The notes: a model not told the origin generated them from the sequence alone. Counted from the first letter of the stretch, positions 29,610 through 39,203 are shown. The stretch: 53,715 bases of DNA from Thermoanaerobaculia bacterium (GCA_036497345.1 DASXJP010000663.1:1-53715), one strand, 5' to 3'. Program-made: numbers and translations.

Positions 29610-31673
29610 ATGAAAGCCACTCCCAGAATCGCGATCGCCGCCGTCCTCGTCCTCTGCGCGGCCTGGGCCGGTGCCGCTGCCTATACGCAGACGGAGAAGC
29701 CGCTGACCGTCCATATGCCCTGGAAGCAGGCGGGGCTGACCGAGCGCCAGGCGGCGGCGCACCTGCTCAACCGCTTCGCTTTCGGCCCCCGCCCCGGCGA
29801 GGTGGACGCCGTCGTCAAGATGGGGCTCGACCACTGGCTGGAGCGCCAGCTCGGCGGCAATCTGCCCGACGACAAGGTGCGGGACGACCTCCAGGTCCTG
29901 CCCGCCCTCAACATGACCACCGCGCAGATCCTCCAGACCTATCCGCCCGTGGGCATGGTCCTCCGGCAGGCCAAGGAGGCGGGGATCATCCCCGACGACA
30001 TCAAGCCGGGGGACCTCAAGAACAAGGCGGACGAGGACCAGCGCGAGGCCCTCAAGACCAAGGTGAAGGCCTTCGCCGCCGAGAAGGGGTATCGCCCCGA
30101 GAAGGAGCTGCTCGGCCAGCTGATGACCCAGAAGCTCGTGCGCGCCGTCGAATCCGAGAACCAGCTCGAAGAGGTAATGACCGACTTCTGGTTCAACCAC
30201 TTCAACGTCTCGCTGACCGACAACAAGGCCCGCCCGTTCCTCCTCTCCTACGAGCGGGACGCCATCCGCCCGCACGCGCTGGGCAATTTCCGCGACCTCC
30301 TGGAGGCCACGGCCAAGAGCCCGGCCATGCTCGTCTACCTCGACAACGCCCAGTCCACGGCCGCCGAGAACGAGCCCACGACCATGCAGGACGAGATGGG
30401 CCGCACGCCGCGCCAGCGCGCCCGCTTCGGCGGCCGGGGGCCGGGCCAGCCCGGCGATCCGGCCCTGCGTCCGTTCACCGGCCAGGGGATGCTCGCCGGG
30501 CGCCAGAGCCGCCTCGCGGGGTCCCCGCAGGCGCCGAAGCGCAAGCAGCAGGGGCTCAACGAGAACTACGCCCGCGAGCTGATGGAGCTCCACACCCTCG
30601 GCGTCGACGGCGGCTACACCCAGCAGGACGTGATCGAGGTGGCCCGCGCCTTCACCGGCTGGACGATCCTCCCCGTGCGGCCCAAGGCGCGCGAGGCGGC
30701 GGAGGTGCGGCTCGCCCGCGCCGAGCGGGCCGGCGGCCTCGGCTTCCGGCAGGAGGGGGACTTCCTCTTCCGCGCCGACTCCCACGACGCCGCTTCCAAG
30801 AAGATCCTGGGCGTCCAATTCCCGGCCGGCCGGGGGGTCGAGGACGGCGAGGCCGTGCTCGACCTGCTGGCTGTCCAGAAGGCCACGGCCAAGCACATCT
30901 CCACCAAGCTCGCCGTGCGGTTCGTCTCGGACCATCCGCCGCAGGCCCTGATCGACCGCCTGACGGATGTCTATCTGACGACCCACGGCGACGTCCGCCG
31001 GATGATCGTGGCCATCGCCGAGTCCCCGGAATTCTGGGGCCGCGACGCCGTGGGGTCCAAGATCAAGTCCCCCTTCGAGCTCACCGCCTCGGCCCTGCGG
31101 GTGACCGGCGGCGAGATCATCGAGCCGCGCGCCATCCTCCAGTGGGTCAACCGCATGGGCCAGCCGCTCTACGCCTATCAGGCGCCGACCGGCTACCCCG
31201 ACCGCGCCGAGGCCTGGGTGAATACCGGCTCGCTGCTGAACCGGATGAATTTCGGCCTGCAGCTCGCCGCCAACCGGGTCAAGGGGGTGAGCCTCGACCT
31301 CCCCGCGCTCAACGGCGGGCGCGAGCCCGAATCCCGCGAGGAGGCCCTGAGGACCTACGCCGCCCTGCTGATGCCGGGCCGGGACCTCACCGCCACCCTC
31401 AAGCAGCTCACCCCCATGGTGGCCGATCCCGGCCTCGTCAAGCGGGTGGACCAGGCCGCGCCCAAGGAGGCCGCGAAGGCCGCCAAGAAAGGCGATCCCA
31501 ACGAGGATCTCCTCGACAGCACGCCCGAGATGGCCATGCAGATGCCGCGTTCCGTCAAGGTCCGCGGGATGCTGGGCGACGAGCCCAAGCCGCCGGTCGA
31601 CAAGCGGCCCCCCACCCCGCTGGAGCAGGTGGTGGGGGTGATTCTGGGATCGCCGGAGTTTCAGCGGAGGTAG
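29610..31673 (+). CDS. DUF1800 domain protein
   Basis: ATG 29610. Signal peptide MKATPRIAIAAVLVLCAAWAGAAA. Motifs HLLNRFAFGP, FWFNHFNV and ELHTLGVDGGYTQ. Confidence 0.85.
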   Translation: MKATPRIAIAAVLVLCAAWAGAAAYTQTEKPLTVHMPWKQAGLTERQAAAHLLNRFAFGPRPGEVDAVVKMGLDHWLERQLGGNLPDDKVRDDLQVLPALNMTTAQILQTYPPVGMVLRQAKEAGIIPDDIKPGDLKNKADEDQREALKTKVKAFAAEKGYRPEKELLGQLMTQKLVRAVESENQLEEVMTDFWFNHFNVSLTDNKARPFLLSYERDAIRPHALGNFRDLLEATAKSPAMLVYLDNAQSTAAENEPTTMQDEMGRTPRQRARFGGRGPGQPGDPALRPFTGQGMLAGRQSRLAGSPQAPKRKQQGLNENYARELMELHTLGVDGGYTQQDVIEVARAFTGWTILPVRPKAREAAEVRLARAERAGGLGFRQEGDFLFRADSHDAASKKILGVQFPAGRGVEDGEAVLDLLAVQKATAKHISTKLAVRFVSDHPPQALIDRLTDVYLTTHGDVRRMIVAIAESPEFWGRDAVGSKIKSPFELTASALRVTGGEIIEPRAILQWVNRMGQPLYAYQAPTGYPDRAEAWVNTGSLLNRMNFGLQLAANRVKGVSLDLPALNGGREPESREEALRTYAALLMPGRDLTATLKQLTPMVADPGLVKRVDQAAPKEAAKAAKKGDPNEDLLDSTPEMAMQMPRSVKVRGMLGDEPKPPVDKRPPTPLEQVVGVILGSPEFQRR

Positions 31674-31788
31674 GAAGAACACGGACCCTCAAGGACCTAC
31701 ACGGACGAGCACCTCAGCAGTCCTCCTCTGTCCTTGCAAGTCCGTGTTCGTCGAGAAAGACCAAACTGAAGAGAAGGAAACACCCACC

Positions 31789-33051
31789 ATGCTGACTCGC
31801 AGACTCTTCCTCAGAACCGGGGGCATCGCCCTCTTCACCCTGGGCGTGGGCGGCGGGCCGGGGTTCATCACCCGGGCGGCGCTGGCGGCCCAGGGGACCC
31901 CCTCGACCTCGTCGCGCCGCCGCAAGGTCCTGGTCGCCATCTTCCAGCGCGGCGCCATGGACGGCCTCGCCGCCGTGCCGCCGGTCGACGACTCCACCCT
32001 GAAGGGGCTCCGCCCCCGCCTCGCCATGAGCGGCGCGCGCGCCGCCGGGGACGAGGCGCTGCTCGATCTCGGCACCGGCTTCGGCCTCCATCCCGCCCTG
32101 GCGCCGCTGCTGCCGCTGTGGAAGGACAAGCGGCTGGGCATCGTCCACGCCGTGGGCTCCCCCGACCCCACGCGCTCGCACTTCGACGCCCAGGACTTCC
32201 TAGAGACCGGCACGCCGGGCCTCAAGGGGACCCCCAATGGCTGGCTCAACCGCGCCGTGGGTCTCATGGGCCATGAGGCCTCCCCCTTCCGGGCGGTGGC
32301 CATGACCCCCTCCCTGCCGCGCTCCCTCTACGGCGACCAGCCGGCGCTCGCGGTGACCAACCTCGCCGACTTCAAGGTCCAGCTCCCGGGCGCGGACCGC
32401 ACCGCCGCGGCGGCCGGCCAGGGCTTCGAGGCCCTCTACGAGCAGACCTCCCAGAGTCTGCTGCGCGACACCGGCAGCGAGACCTTCCGGGCGGTCCACA
32501 TGCTTTCCGCGGCCGAGATCCAGAAGTACAAGCCGGCGGACGGGGCCGACTACCCCAAAACGCCGCTCGGCAACGCCCTGCGGCAGATCGCGCTCCTCAT
32601 CAAGTCCGACGTCGGGCTGGAGATCGCCTTCGCCGAGTCCGGCGGCTGGGACACCCACGTCCAGCAGACCGGCACCTTCAACCGCCAGGCGCGCGACCTC
32701 GCGCAGGCCATCCAGGCCTTCTGGACCGACCTCGGCCCCTATCAGGACCAAGTCGTGTTGACCACCATGACCGAGTTCGGCCGCACCGTGCGCGAGAACG
32801 GCTCCGGCGGCACGGACCACGGCCACGGCTCCTGCCTCTTCGTGGTGGGCAACCACGTGGACGGCGGCAAGGTCCACGGCACCTTCCCAGGGCTGGAGCC
32901 GGGGGCTCTCTACGAAGGCCGGGACCTCCCGGTGACCACGGACTTCCGCTCCGTCTTCTGCGAGTTGGCCGGCAAGCACCTCGGGGTCAAGGACGACTCC
33001 AAGCTGTTCCCGGGGTGGACGGGCAAGCGGATTCCGCTGCTGAAAACATAG
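31789..33051 (+). CDS. DUF1501 domain protein (sulfatase-like fold), Tat signal
   Basis: SD GAGAAGGAAA, then ATG 31789. Twin-arginine-like MLTRRLFLRTGG. Motifs GGWDTH, TEFGRT and GTDHGHG. Confidence 0.9.
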   Translation: MLTRRLFLRTGGIALFTLGVGGGPGFITRAALAAQGTPSTSSRRRKVLVAIFQRGAMDGLAAVPPVDDSTLKGLRPRLAMSGARAAGDEALLDLGTGFGLHPALAPLLPLWKDKRLGIVHAVGSPDPTRSHFDAQDFLETGTPGLKGTPNGWLNRAVGLMGHEASPFRAVAMTPSLPRSLYGDQPALAVTNLADFKVQLPGADRTAAAAGQGFEALYEQTSQSLLRDTGSETFRAVHMLSAAEIQKYKPADGADYPKTPLGNALRQIALLIKSDVGLEIAFAESGGWDTHVQQTGTFNRQARDLAQAIQAFWTDLGPYQDQVVLTTMTEFGRTVRENGSGGTDHGHGSCLFVVGNHVDGGKVHGTFPGLEPGALYEGRDLPVTTDFRSVFCELAGKHLGVKDDSKLFPGWTGKRIPLLKT

Positions 33052-33261
33052 TCGCGTCGGATCGGGAGCCTCGTGCCGGAAAGGCTCCCGCCGCCTCCAT
33101 CCAGGCCGGCATGGCCTTGATTCGGGCAGTGACGGCCCAAATGAAGGCGGTGTCGCCCGGCCCAAGGCGGGGAAGGCCCGGGTCCCGGCCGGCTGGGCCC
33201 GGGCAACGCCGGCCTTCCGGGCGCGAGCTACCGAGGCGTTCTCCTTCCCGGATCACGCCCT

Positions 33262-33297
33262 CCCTCTCCACGAAGTGGAGAGGGACCGAGGGTGAGG
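33262..33297. repeat. Variant REP-like copy (short hairpin + GGGTGAGG box)
   Basis: CCCTCTCCAC-GAA-GTGGAGAGGG followed by ACCGAGGGTGAGG. An inverted CCCTCACC box lies at about 33321-33328. Confidence 0.5.
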
Positions 33298-33345
33298 CTT
33301 CGGAGGGCAGGCCGCCCCCGCCCTCACCAGCCCCCTGAATCCTCT

Positions 33346-34449
33346 CTACTTCTTCCCCATCGAGTAATACACCGTCAACACCGCCCGCCGCCCCTCCCCT
33401 CCGGGACCGCTCTCGAAGGGGGCCAGGATTACCGTCCCCTGGGGATTGCGCACCAGGATCGGATCGCCAGGCCAGCGGCCGATGTTGTTCGGGCAGGCCT
33501 GGGCGGTGGGGCAGTCGAGGCTGTCCTTGCCGTCCTGCACCTCATAGCGATAGGCGGTGTAGTGCGCGCCGGCCGGCAGGGCGATGCGCAGGACGTGGCA
33601 GCCCGCCGGCAGATCGGCGGGCACCGTCCCCCCCTTCAGCTTCGCGGCGATGTCCCCGCAGCCGTTGCCGCTTCCGGAAATCACCCACTCTGTGGACAGG
33701 GCGGTCTCTCCGGGCTGGCACTCGACGCAGGTGCGGTCCTTGGCCGTGCGGATGCGGACCGCGTCGACCGGCGGGGCCGCGGGCGGGACGGGCGCCGGAG
33801 TCGGCAGGACGGGCGGCTGGGGCGCCGGCGCCGGCGTGGGGGCCGGAGCCGGATTCGTGGGTGGAATCCTGGGCATCGGATGCGGCGGAATCTTCGGAGC
33901 GCTCGGCTCGGGCGCGGGCGGCTCCTGTTTCGGCGCCGGCGCGGGCTGAGCTTTGGGCTCAGACGCCGGTGGTGTCGCGGGGACCGCGGGGGCCGGACGC
34001 GGAGCCGGGGAGGCCGGCGGCGGGGCGGCGGCCCGCGCCGGAGCCGGACCCGGGGTGCCACGCGAGAGCTTGACCCGCATCAGGCTCGTCCCCCCGCCGG
34101 GCACCCGGAACTGGGTGACCTCCACGACCTCGGGACGACCCCCCGAGCGGACGTTGATCTCCGCGATGTAGGTCATGAACCCGTCGTGGCTGACCTCCAC
34201 GTGCCAGGTCCCCTCGGCCAGGCCCGCCACGTTCGCCCGGCCCCTGGAGTCGGTCTCCACCGCCGGCGGCCCGTCCTTGGGATTGAGCGAGGTGTACTGG
34301 ACCAGGACATGGGCGCCCGCGAGGGCGTGCCCATGGTCATCCTCCGCCCGGACCTCCACCGCGGACGGTCCGCTCCAGAGTTGGGCGTGCGCCACGGCGG
34401 GCGCGATCAGCAACCAAAGCCAGCAGAGCTTCCGCACGTCGAATTGCAC
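33346..34449 (-). CDS. Secreted protein: carboxypeptidase-regulatory-like beta-sandwich, Pro/Ala-rich linker, Cys-rich C-terminal domain
   Basis: GTG 34449 after AAAGGGG. Signal peptide ...LLIAPAVAHA. VRAEDDHGHALAGAHVLV...TDSRGRANVAGLAEGTWHVEVSHDGF, then a ~110-aa P/A-rich tract, then a domain with 6 Cys. Confidence 0.65.
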   Translation of the reverse strand: MQFDVRKLCWLWLLIAPAVAHAQLWSGPSAVEVRAEDDHGHALAGAHVLVQYTSLNPKDGPPAVETDSRGRANVAGLAEGTWHVEVSHDGFMTYIAEINVRSGGRPEVVEVTQFRVPGGGTSLMRVKLSRGTPGPAPARAAAPPPASPAPRPAPAVPATPPASEPKAQPAPAPKQEPPAPEPSAPKIPPHPMPRIPPTNPAPAPTPAPAPQPPVLPTPAPVPPAAPPVDAVRIRTAKDRTCVECQPGETALSTEWVISGSGNGCGDIAAKLKGGTVPADLPAGCHVLRIALPAGAHYTAYRYEVQDGKDSLDCPTAQACPNNIGRWPGDPILVRNPQGTVILAPFESGPGGEGRRAVLTVYYSMGKK

Positions 34450-34557
34450 GATCCGCCCCTTTCTCGAGACGAGACGATCTCCCGCGCCGTTCCCCTGAGG
34501 AGAATAATACCCGGCCGCCCCCCTGAAACCTTCTTCTCAGGTCTCCGTATCACCCTC

Positions 34558-34586
34558 TTGACGTCCAACGACCCAGGTAGTACTAT
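34558..34586 (+). promoter_or_regulatory. sigma70-type promoter of the blaI/blaR1-like operon
   Basis: TTGACG-N17-TACTAT, with the -10 box ending 27 nt upstream of the ATG. Confidence 0.55.
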
Positions 34587-34591
34587 CTGGG
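34572..34591. promoter_or_regulatory. Palindromic operator candidate overlapping the -10 box
   Basis: CCCAGGTAGTACTATCTGGG: CCCAG/CTGGG arms around the perfect palindrome TAGTACTA (18 of 20 positions symmetric). Confidence 0.5.
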
Positions 34592-34613
34592 TAGTTGAAG
34601 CGGAGGACGCGAT

Positions 34614-35009
34614 ATGGAAACAGCGGAGACATCACACCACTTCGGGGATCTTCAGCTCGCCATCATGCGGGTGCTGTGGAACCATGACGAGGCGACGGTG
34701 GCCGAGGTCCACGAGGCGCTCGAGCCGGAACGCGGGCTCGCCCTCACCACCATCGCCACCATGCTGACCAAGATGGAGAAGAAGGGGGTGGTGGAGCACC
34801 GGGCCGAAGGGCGCCGGTTCGTCTACCGCCCGTTGGTGAGCGAGGACCAGGTCCGCCGCTCCATGGTAGCCGATCTGACCTCGCAGCTCTTCCGGGGCGA
34901 CGTGACCGCCCTGGTCAACCATCTGTTGTCCGAGCATGAGATCGACGCGCGGGAGCTCGCCCAGCTCCGGGAGCTGATCGCGTCCAGCGGACGCAAGGAG
35001 GGACACTGA
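34614..35009 (+). CDS. BlaI/MecI/CopY-family transcriptional repressor
   Basis: 131 aa. Winged-helix N-terminus LQLAIMRVLW...ATVAEVHEAL...LTTIATMLTKMEKKGVV. Confidence 0.85.
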   Translation: METAETSHHFGDLQLAIMRVLWNHDEATVAEVHEALEPERGLALTTIATMLTKMEKKGVVEHRAEGRRFVYRPLVSEDQVRRSMVADLTSQLFRGDVTALVNHLLSEHEIDARELAQLRELIASSGRKEGH

Positions 35010-37024
35010 TGCTCACGGGATCCTTCGCCGGCCAGGCGGTCGCCTGGATGCTGACCTACCTCCTGCACAGCACCCTGCTGTTGGGCCTCGCCTGGCTCGC
35101 CTCGAAGCCGCTCTCGCGGTGGTCGGTGGCGGCCGAGGAGATGGTCTGGAAGCTCGCCCTCGTCGGGGCCCTCTTCACCGCCTCGCTGCAGCTCGCCGCC
35201 GGCTGGCAGCCCCTCGCGGGCCAGTGGCGCCTGGCGGATCTGGGCGGCGCGGCTGTAACGATGCCGAGTAAGCCCGTAGGGGCGGGGCTCGTCCCCACCC
35301 GGGTGGAGGCGAGCTCCATCTCTGCTATCCCATCCCATTCCGTGCGCGCAAAATCCGAGGCGCTCCAGGCTCCGCCGGCGGCGCCCACCCGGTCCCTCCC
35401 CTCGATCGCGACCCTGATTCTGGCTGCCTGGGCCCTGGGCGCCCTGGTCCTGCTGGCCGCGTTCGGGCGCTCGTACCTGCGCCTGGGCCGCCGCCTGCGC
35501 AGCCGGCCGCGAGTCGTGGGTGGGGATCTCCACGCCCAGCTCCGCACGCTCGCCGCCCAAGCCGGGCTGGCGGATGCCGTCCGCCTCTCCTGCTCCTGCC
35601 GGGTGCCGGTGCCGCTGGCAATGGGCCTGCGGGAGCCCGAGATCTGCGTGCCGCCGCGCGCGCTCGTCAGCCTCACCGAGGAGCAGCAGGAGGGAATGCT
35701 CGCCCACGAGCTGGCCCACCTCGCGCGGCGCGATCCCTTCTGGCTCGTGCTCGGACAGGGCCTGGCCTGCGCCCTCTTCCTCCAGCCGCTCAACTGGGTG
35801 GCCCGCCGCCGCCTGCGGGAGATCTCCGAGATGCTGAGCGACGAGTGGGCGGTGGCCCGCACGGGCCGGCCGCTCTCGCTCGCCGGCTGTCTGGCCGAGG
35901 TCGCCGGCTGGTCGGTGGGCTCTCCGGCGCTGCCGGTGCCCAGCATGGCGGACCGGCCGTCGAGCCTCGGCCGCCGCATCCGCCGCCTGCTCGACGAGAC
36001 CCGTCTGCCCGAGAGCCCGGCGCGCCGGGCCTGGCTGGCCGCCGCCATGGGGGTCCTGGTGATCGCCGTCGCCGCCATGGCTCCGGCGGTCTCCGCCGCC
36101 CGGCCCGAGCCGCTTCAGCCCAAGAAGCCGGCCGCGCCCCACGTCGAGGTGGACGTCAATGACGCCACCGACGCGCCCACGGCCCGGGCCGCCGCCGAGG
36201 AGGATCGGGACCACGGCCACCACGATCACGCCCAGGCGATGAAGGACCGCGAGGCGGATGACGAGGACGCCGAGCCCATGGTCGACGCGGACGAGATCGG
36301 TGATCAGGTGAGCGAGTCGGTGGATGCAGCGCTGGAAGGGTTGGACGGCGAGCTCCAGGCCCTCTCCGACCAGCACGATCTCACCCAAGAGCAGCAGGAG
36401 AAGCTGTCGCGCGACATGGAGAAGATGAGCCAGGACCTCCAGAAGAACCTCAACCCCCGCCTGGAGAAGCTCACCCGTGAGCTGTCCGAGAAGGCCACCC
36501 ATATGGCGCCCTCCGCCGAGATGCAGCGGCTGGCCCAGGAGATGGCGAAGCTCGGCGAGCAGATGCGCCCCTCCGGGGAGGAGCTCGCCAAGCTGCAGGC
36601 CCTGGTCGACCAGGAGGTGCGGAAGCACGGCTCCGACGGCAAGCTCACCGCCGAGGAGCGCGAGCGCATCCGTCGCCAGGCCCGGGAGATGGCCGAGAAG
36701 ATGAAGCCCACCGAGGAGCAGCGGCGGAAGATGGAGGAGCTCCGCGCCCAGATGGAGGCCGAGAAGGCCAAGATGGGCGAGGACTTCCGCGCCGCGAACC
36801 GGGAGGAGATGGAGAAGCTCCAGAGGGAGATCCACGAGGAGATCGAGCGCGAGATGAAGGGGATGCGCGACGAGCTCCGCCGTGAGATGGACGAGCGGAA
36901 AGCGATCGAGCGCCAGGAGCGCAAGGACCGCCGGGAGCAGCACCACGACGCCAAGCCGGACCACGACCAGAATGACGATAGCGGGTCACCGAAGCCGCCG
37001 GCGAAGCACTCCTCCGGCTGCTGA
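35009..37024 (+). CDS. BlaR1/M56-family membrane metalloprotease sensor with a charged coiled-coil C-terminal region
   Basis: The ATG overlaps the blaI stop by 1 nt (TGATG). TM helices and zinc motif HELAHLARRD. A last TM at about residue 345 is followed by ~300 aa rich in E/K/R/M with LTxxQ-like motifs. Confidence 0.85.
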   Translation: MLTGSFAGQAVAWMLTYLLHSTLLLGLAWLASKPLSRWSVAAEEMVWKLALVGALFTASLQLAAGWQPLAGQWRLADLGGAAVTMPSKPVGAGLVPTRVEASSISAIPSHSVRAKSEALQAPPAAPTRSLPSIATLILAAWALGALVLLAAFGRSYLRLGRRLRSRPRVVGGDLHAQLRTLAAQAGLADAVRLSCSCRVPVPLAMGLREPEICVPPRALVSLTEEQQEGMLAHELAHLARRDPFWLVLGQGLACALFLQPLNWVARRRLREISEMLSDEWAVARTGRPLSLAGCLAEVAGWSVGSPALPVPSMADRPSSLGRRIRRLLDETRLPESPARRAWLAAAMGVLVIAVAAMAPAVSAARPEPLQPKKPAAPHVEVDVNDATDAPTARAAAEEDRDHGHHDHAQAMKDREADDEDAEPMVDADEIGDQVSESVDAALEGLDGELQALSDQHDLTQEQQEKLSRDMEKMSQDLQKNLNPRLEKLTRELSEKATHMAPSAEMQRLAQEMAKLGEQMRPSGEELAKLQALVDQEVRKHGSDGKLTAEERERIRRQAREMAEKMKPTEEQRRKMEELRAQMEAEKAKMGEDFRAANREEMEKLQREIHEEIEREMKGMRDELRREMDERKAIERQERKDRREQHHDAKPDHDQNDDSGSPKPPAKHSSGC

Positions 37025-37035
37025 AACCGGCCTTC

Positions 37036-37130
37036 GTAGGGGCGGCCCTATGTGGCCGCCCTGGTGGGTGGGGGATTCTGTCGGATCAGGATTTCCCCCA
37101 CCCAGGGCGGCCACGTAGGGCCGCCCCTAC
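37036..37130. repeat. 95-bp compound palindrome between convergent genes
   Basis: GTAGGGGCGGCCCTATGTGGCCGCCCTGGTGGGTGGGGGA ... TCCCCCACCCAGGGCGGCCACGTAGGGCCGCCCCTAC. Each arm also contains its own GGGCGGCC/GGCCGCCC hairpin. Confidence 0.75.
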
Positions 37131-37140
37131 AGAACCCCCC

Positions 37141-37830
37141 CTACTTCTTCGCCCGCACGCTCTTGAGCATCGCCACGAACGCGTCCCGCTGCGGACCGAG
37201 CGTGGCGTCCGGGCCGGTGGCCTTGAAGAACCAGGGGCCGCCGGGGCCCTCGACCACCGCGCCGTAGAGCCGCGCGTTCGCCACCGGCGTCTTCGGACCT
37301 GCCCCCATCCCGGTGGGCTCCAGGGTTCCCTTGGCGTTGACCCAGGTGACCTTGTAGCCATTGGTCTCGAAGGTCTCGGGCGTGGGCTTGCCCGCCCCCT
37401 TCACCTGCCCTACCCAGCGCTCGATGTTGGCGTCCACCGGCCCGCCGCCGCCCGGTCCGAAGAAGTACACCGCGAAGTCGCCGGGACCGCCGGGACCGGG
37501 GATGGACGTCTGGACCAGGCGCATGTTCGACGAGACCTGCTGGCTCTGCCACCCCTTGGGGACGTCGAAGTCGATCGACCCCGCGGCCCCCGCCGCCAGT
37601 TGCGAATTGACCGTCGGATCGATCGTGCTGGCATGAGGGGAGGTGGGAGCGGCGCCGGAGCCGCCTGCCGGTTGGCCTGAGGGGGCGGCGGGAGCGGCGG
37701 TGCTGGTCTCCGCCACGCTGGGCGGGGCCGCGCTGGACGACGCCTCGGGCGCCGGCGCGGCGGTCTCCTGTTTGCCGCAGGCACAGAGGCTCAACAGGAG
37801 CAGGGTCAAGGGGATGGCATGGCGGATCAT
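37141..37830 (-). CDS. Lipoprotein of unknown function
   Basis: MIRHAIPLTLLLLSLCAC (lipobox), an A/P/S-rich linker and a globular C-terminal domain. Confidence 0.7.
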   Translation of the reverse strand: MIRHAIPLTLLLLSLCACGKQETAAPAPEASSSAAPPSVAETSTAAPAAPSGQPAGGSGAAPTSPHASTIDPTVNSQLAAGAAGSIDFDVPKGWQSQQVSSNMRLVQTSIPGPGGPGDFAVYFFGPGGGGPVDANIERWVGQVKGAGKPTPETFETNGYKVTWVNAKGTLEPTGMGAGPKTPVANARLYGAVVEGPGGPWFFKATGPDATLGPQRDAFVAMLKSVRAKK

Positions 37831-37910
37831 CGGGGTCTCCTCCTCGGTTTTTGCGCCGTGGAGCCTATCACCGTCCCGGGGGGAGCCCGCATGGTCTAGA
37901 ATCCCCTCCC

Positions 37911-38010
37911 GGAAGCGCTCGGGGGCTGGTGCCTCCTGCGGTCTTCAAAACCGTTGTCCGGCGCCGGTTGCGGCGTCGGGGGTGGGTTCGATTCCCATGC
38001 GCTTCCGCCA
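37911..38010 (+). tRNA. selC: tRNA-Sec (anticodon UCA)
   Basis: 8-bp acceptor GGAAGCGC/GCGCTTCC, 6-bp D stem GGGGGC/GCCTCC with 4-nt loop TGGT, anticodon loop CTTCAAA, long variable arm, T arm GTGGG-TTCGATT-CCCAT, discriminator G and CCA. The ends are identical to E. coli selC (GGAAG...CTTCCGCCA). TAGAAT -10-like box at 37897-37902. Confidence 0.88.
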
Positions 38011-38153
38011 GTTAGCTCAAGGGTTACGACAGCTTCTCGACGCCAGTTTCTTTCCACTTCAGACTTCCTGCTCCTCCCGAGCTGGCGGGAAAGAGTCTCG
38101 CTGAAGCGCTCGCCAGTCGAGCCGCGGCGGTTCTCGACACCACAAGGGGGGAG

Positions 38154-39203
38154 TCAGCGATGGCTGGCGGGGAGCGCTTCCCAGAGCCACTGTCCCACCC
38201 GCCGGGCGGAAACGTAGCTCACCCAGGCGGCCGCACCGAGCAGTTGGGTGTCCGTGGGATACCGGGCGCGATAGGCGGCGACAACGGCGCCGTCCACCCG
38301 GTAGGAGGCGAGCGCGGTGAGAAGGGCGAAGCGGCCCGCGGCCTTCTCTTCTGGGGGAACCCCGGTGAGCGCGGTGTCGAGCTCTTTCGGGTCTAGACCC
38401 CCGAGGCCCGGATCGGTGCCATCCCAGGCTTCGAGCCGTTCCAACACCCGCTCCCGTACCGACTCGTGTAGCGCGTTCTGGACCGCGGCGTCCACTGCTG
38501 CGGCATAACGGGCGAAGGCGCCGGCCACGCTGGGATTCCCCCGCGCCCAGGGGAGGTCGGCCGGCAGATCGGCGGGCTCCAGGAGGGCCAGCGACGCGCC
38601 CGGCACGCGACGGACCGATACGAGCGCCGCAAAACGGCCGGCAGCGAGCTTCCTGATCCACCCCTTGGCCCAATGAGCCACCGAGGGCAGGGGATAGGGC
38701 GATTCAGGCAGGAAGACGTGGGCCATACGGTTGATGTAGTGGAACGCCATCGCGGTACCGATCATCTCGCTGGTATCCGCGGCCGGGAACGGCGGCTGTG
38801 ACAGCGCAGCGGCTCCGGGAGAACGGTGCGCCGCTCCCCAGGCCACGACCTCGCGGAGCCTCTCGTCGCGCAACGCGCCGGGTTTCCTGCCCGCGAGCGC
38901 CTGGGCGGCGTCCCGCTCCCCGGCCGCTTCCAGCATGAGGGTATGGGCGTCAATGCAATAAGGGCAGCGGTTGAGGCGCGAGATCTCCGCCGCAAGGGCC
39001 TCCTTGACCGGTCTCGCGACTTGACCGGTTACGAGTGTCTCCCGCAGCACGCACCAGGCACCGGCTAGCAGCCGCGGCACCGGAGAGTGGAGAGGGATCG
39101 GCGGCAGCAACCCGAACTCCCGCCGCGCCTGGGAGTAGACTTCAGCCACCAGCCCGGTGGCCGCTGCGGGCGAGACCGGCTGGAGGTATCGGATCTCTGG
39201 CAT
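38154..39203 (-). CDS. Carboxymuconolactone decarboxylase (AhpD-like) family protein
   Basis: ATG 39203 (MPEIRYLQPV...). AhpD-like core with LNRCPYCIDAHT. Confidence 0.75.
   Translation of the reverse strand: MPEIRYLQPVSPAAATGLVAEVYSQARREFGLLPPIPLHSPVPRLLAGAWCVLRETLVTGQVARPVKEALAAEISRLNRCPYCIDAHTLMLEAAGERDAAQALAGRKPGALRDERLREVVAWGAAHRSPGAAALSQPPFPAADTSEMIGTAMAFHYINRMAHVFLPESPYPLPSVAHWAKGWIRKLAAGRFAALVSVRRVPGASLALLEPADLPADLPWARGNPSVAGAFARYAAAVDAAVQNALHESVRERVLERLEAWDGTDPGLGGLDPKELDTALTGVPPEEKAAGRFALLTALASYRVDGAVVAAYRARYPTDTQLLGAAAWVSYVSARRVGQWLWEALPASHR

Noticed and set aside
29523-31682. Upstream 720 codons of the 841-aa minus-strand ORF and the 760-aa plus-strand ORF 29513..31795
   Set aside because: They are antisense or out-of-frame to the DUF1800 gene, which has clear family motifs. 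Their compositions are R/G/P-rich.
34823-36964. 713-aa minus-strand ORF and other ORFs over 35.0-37.0 kb
   Set aside because: They are antisense to the BlaR1-like gene, and their L/G/H/R-rich repeats mirror the E/K/M coiled-coil codons.
38154-39203. Possible selenoprotein next to selC (AhpD/CMD family members can use a UxxC motif)
   Set aside because: The redox motif here is CPYC with ordinary Cys codons, and the ORF has no in-frame TGA.
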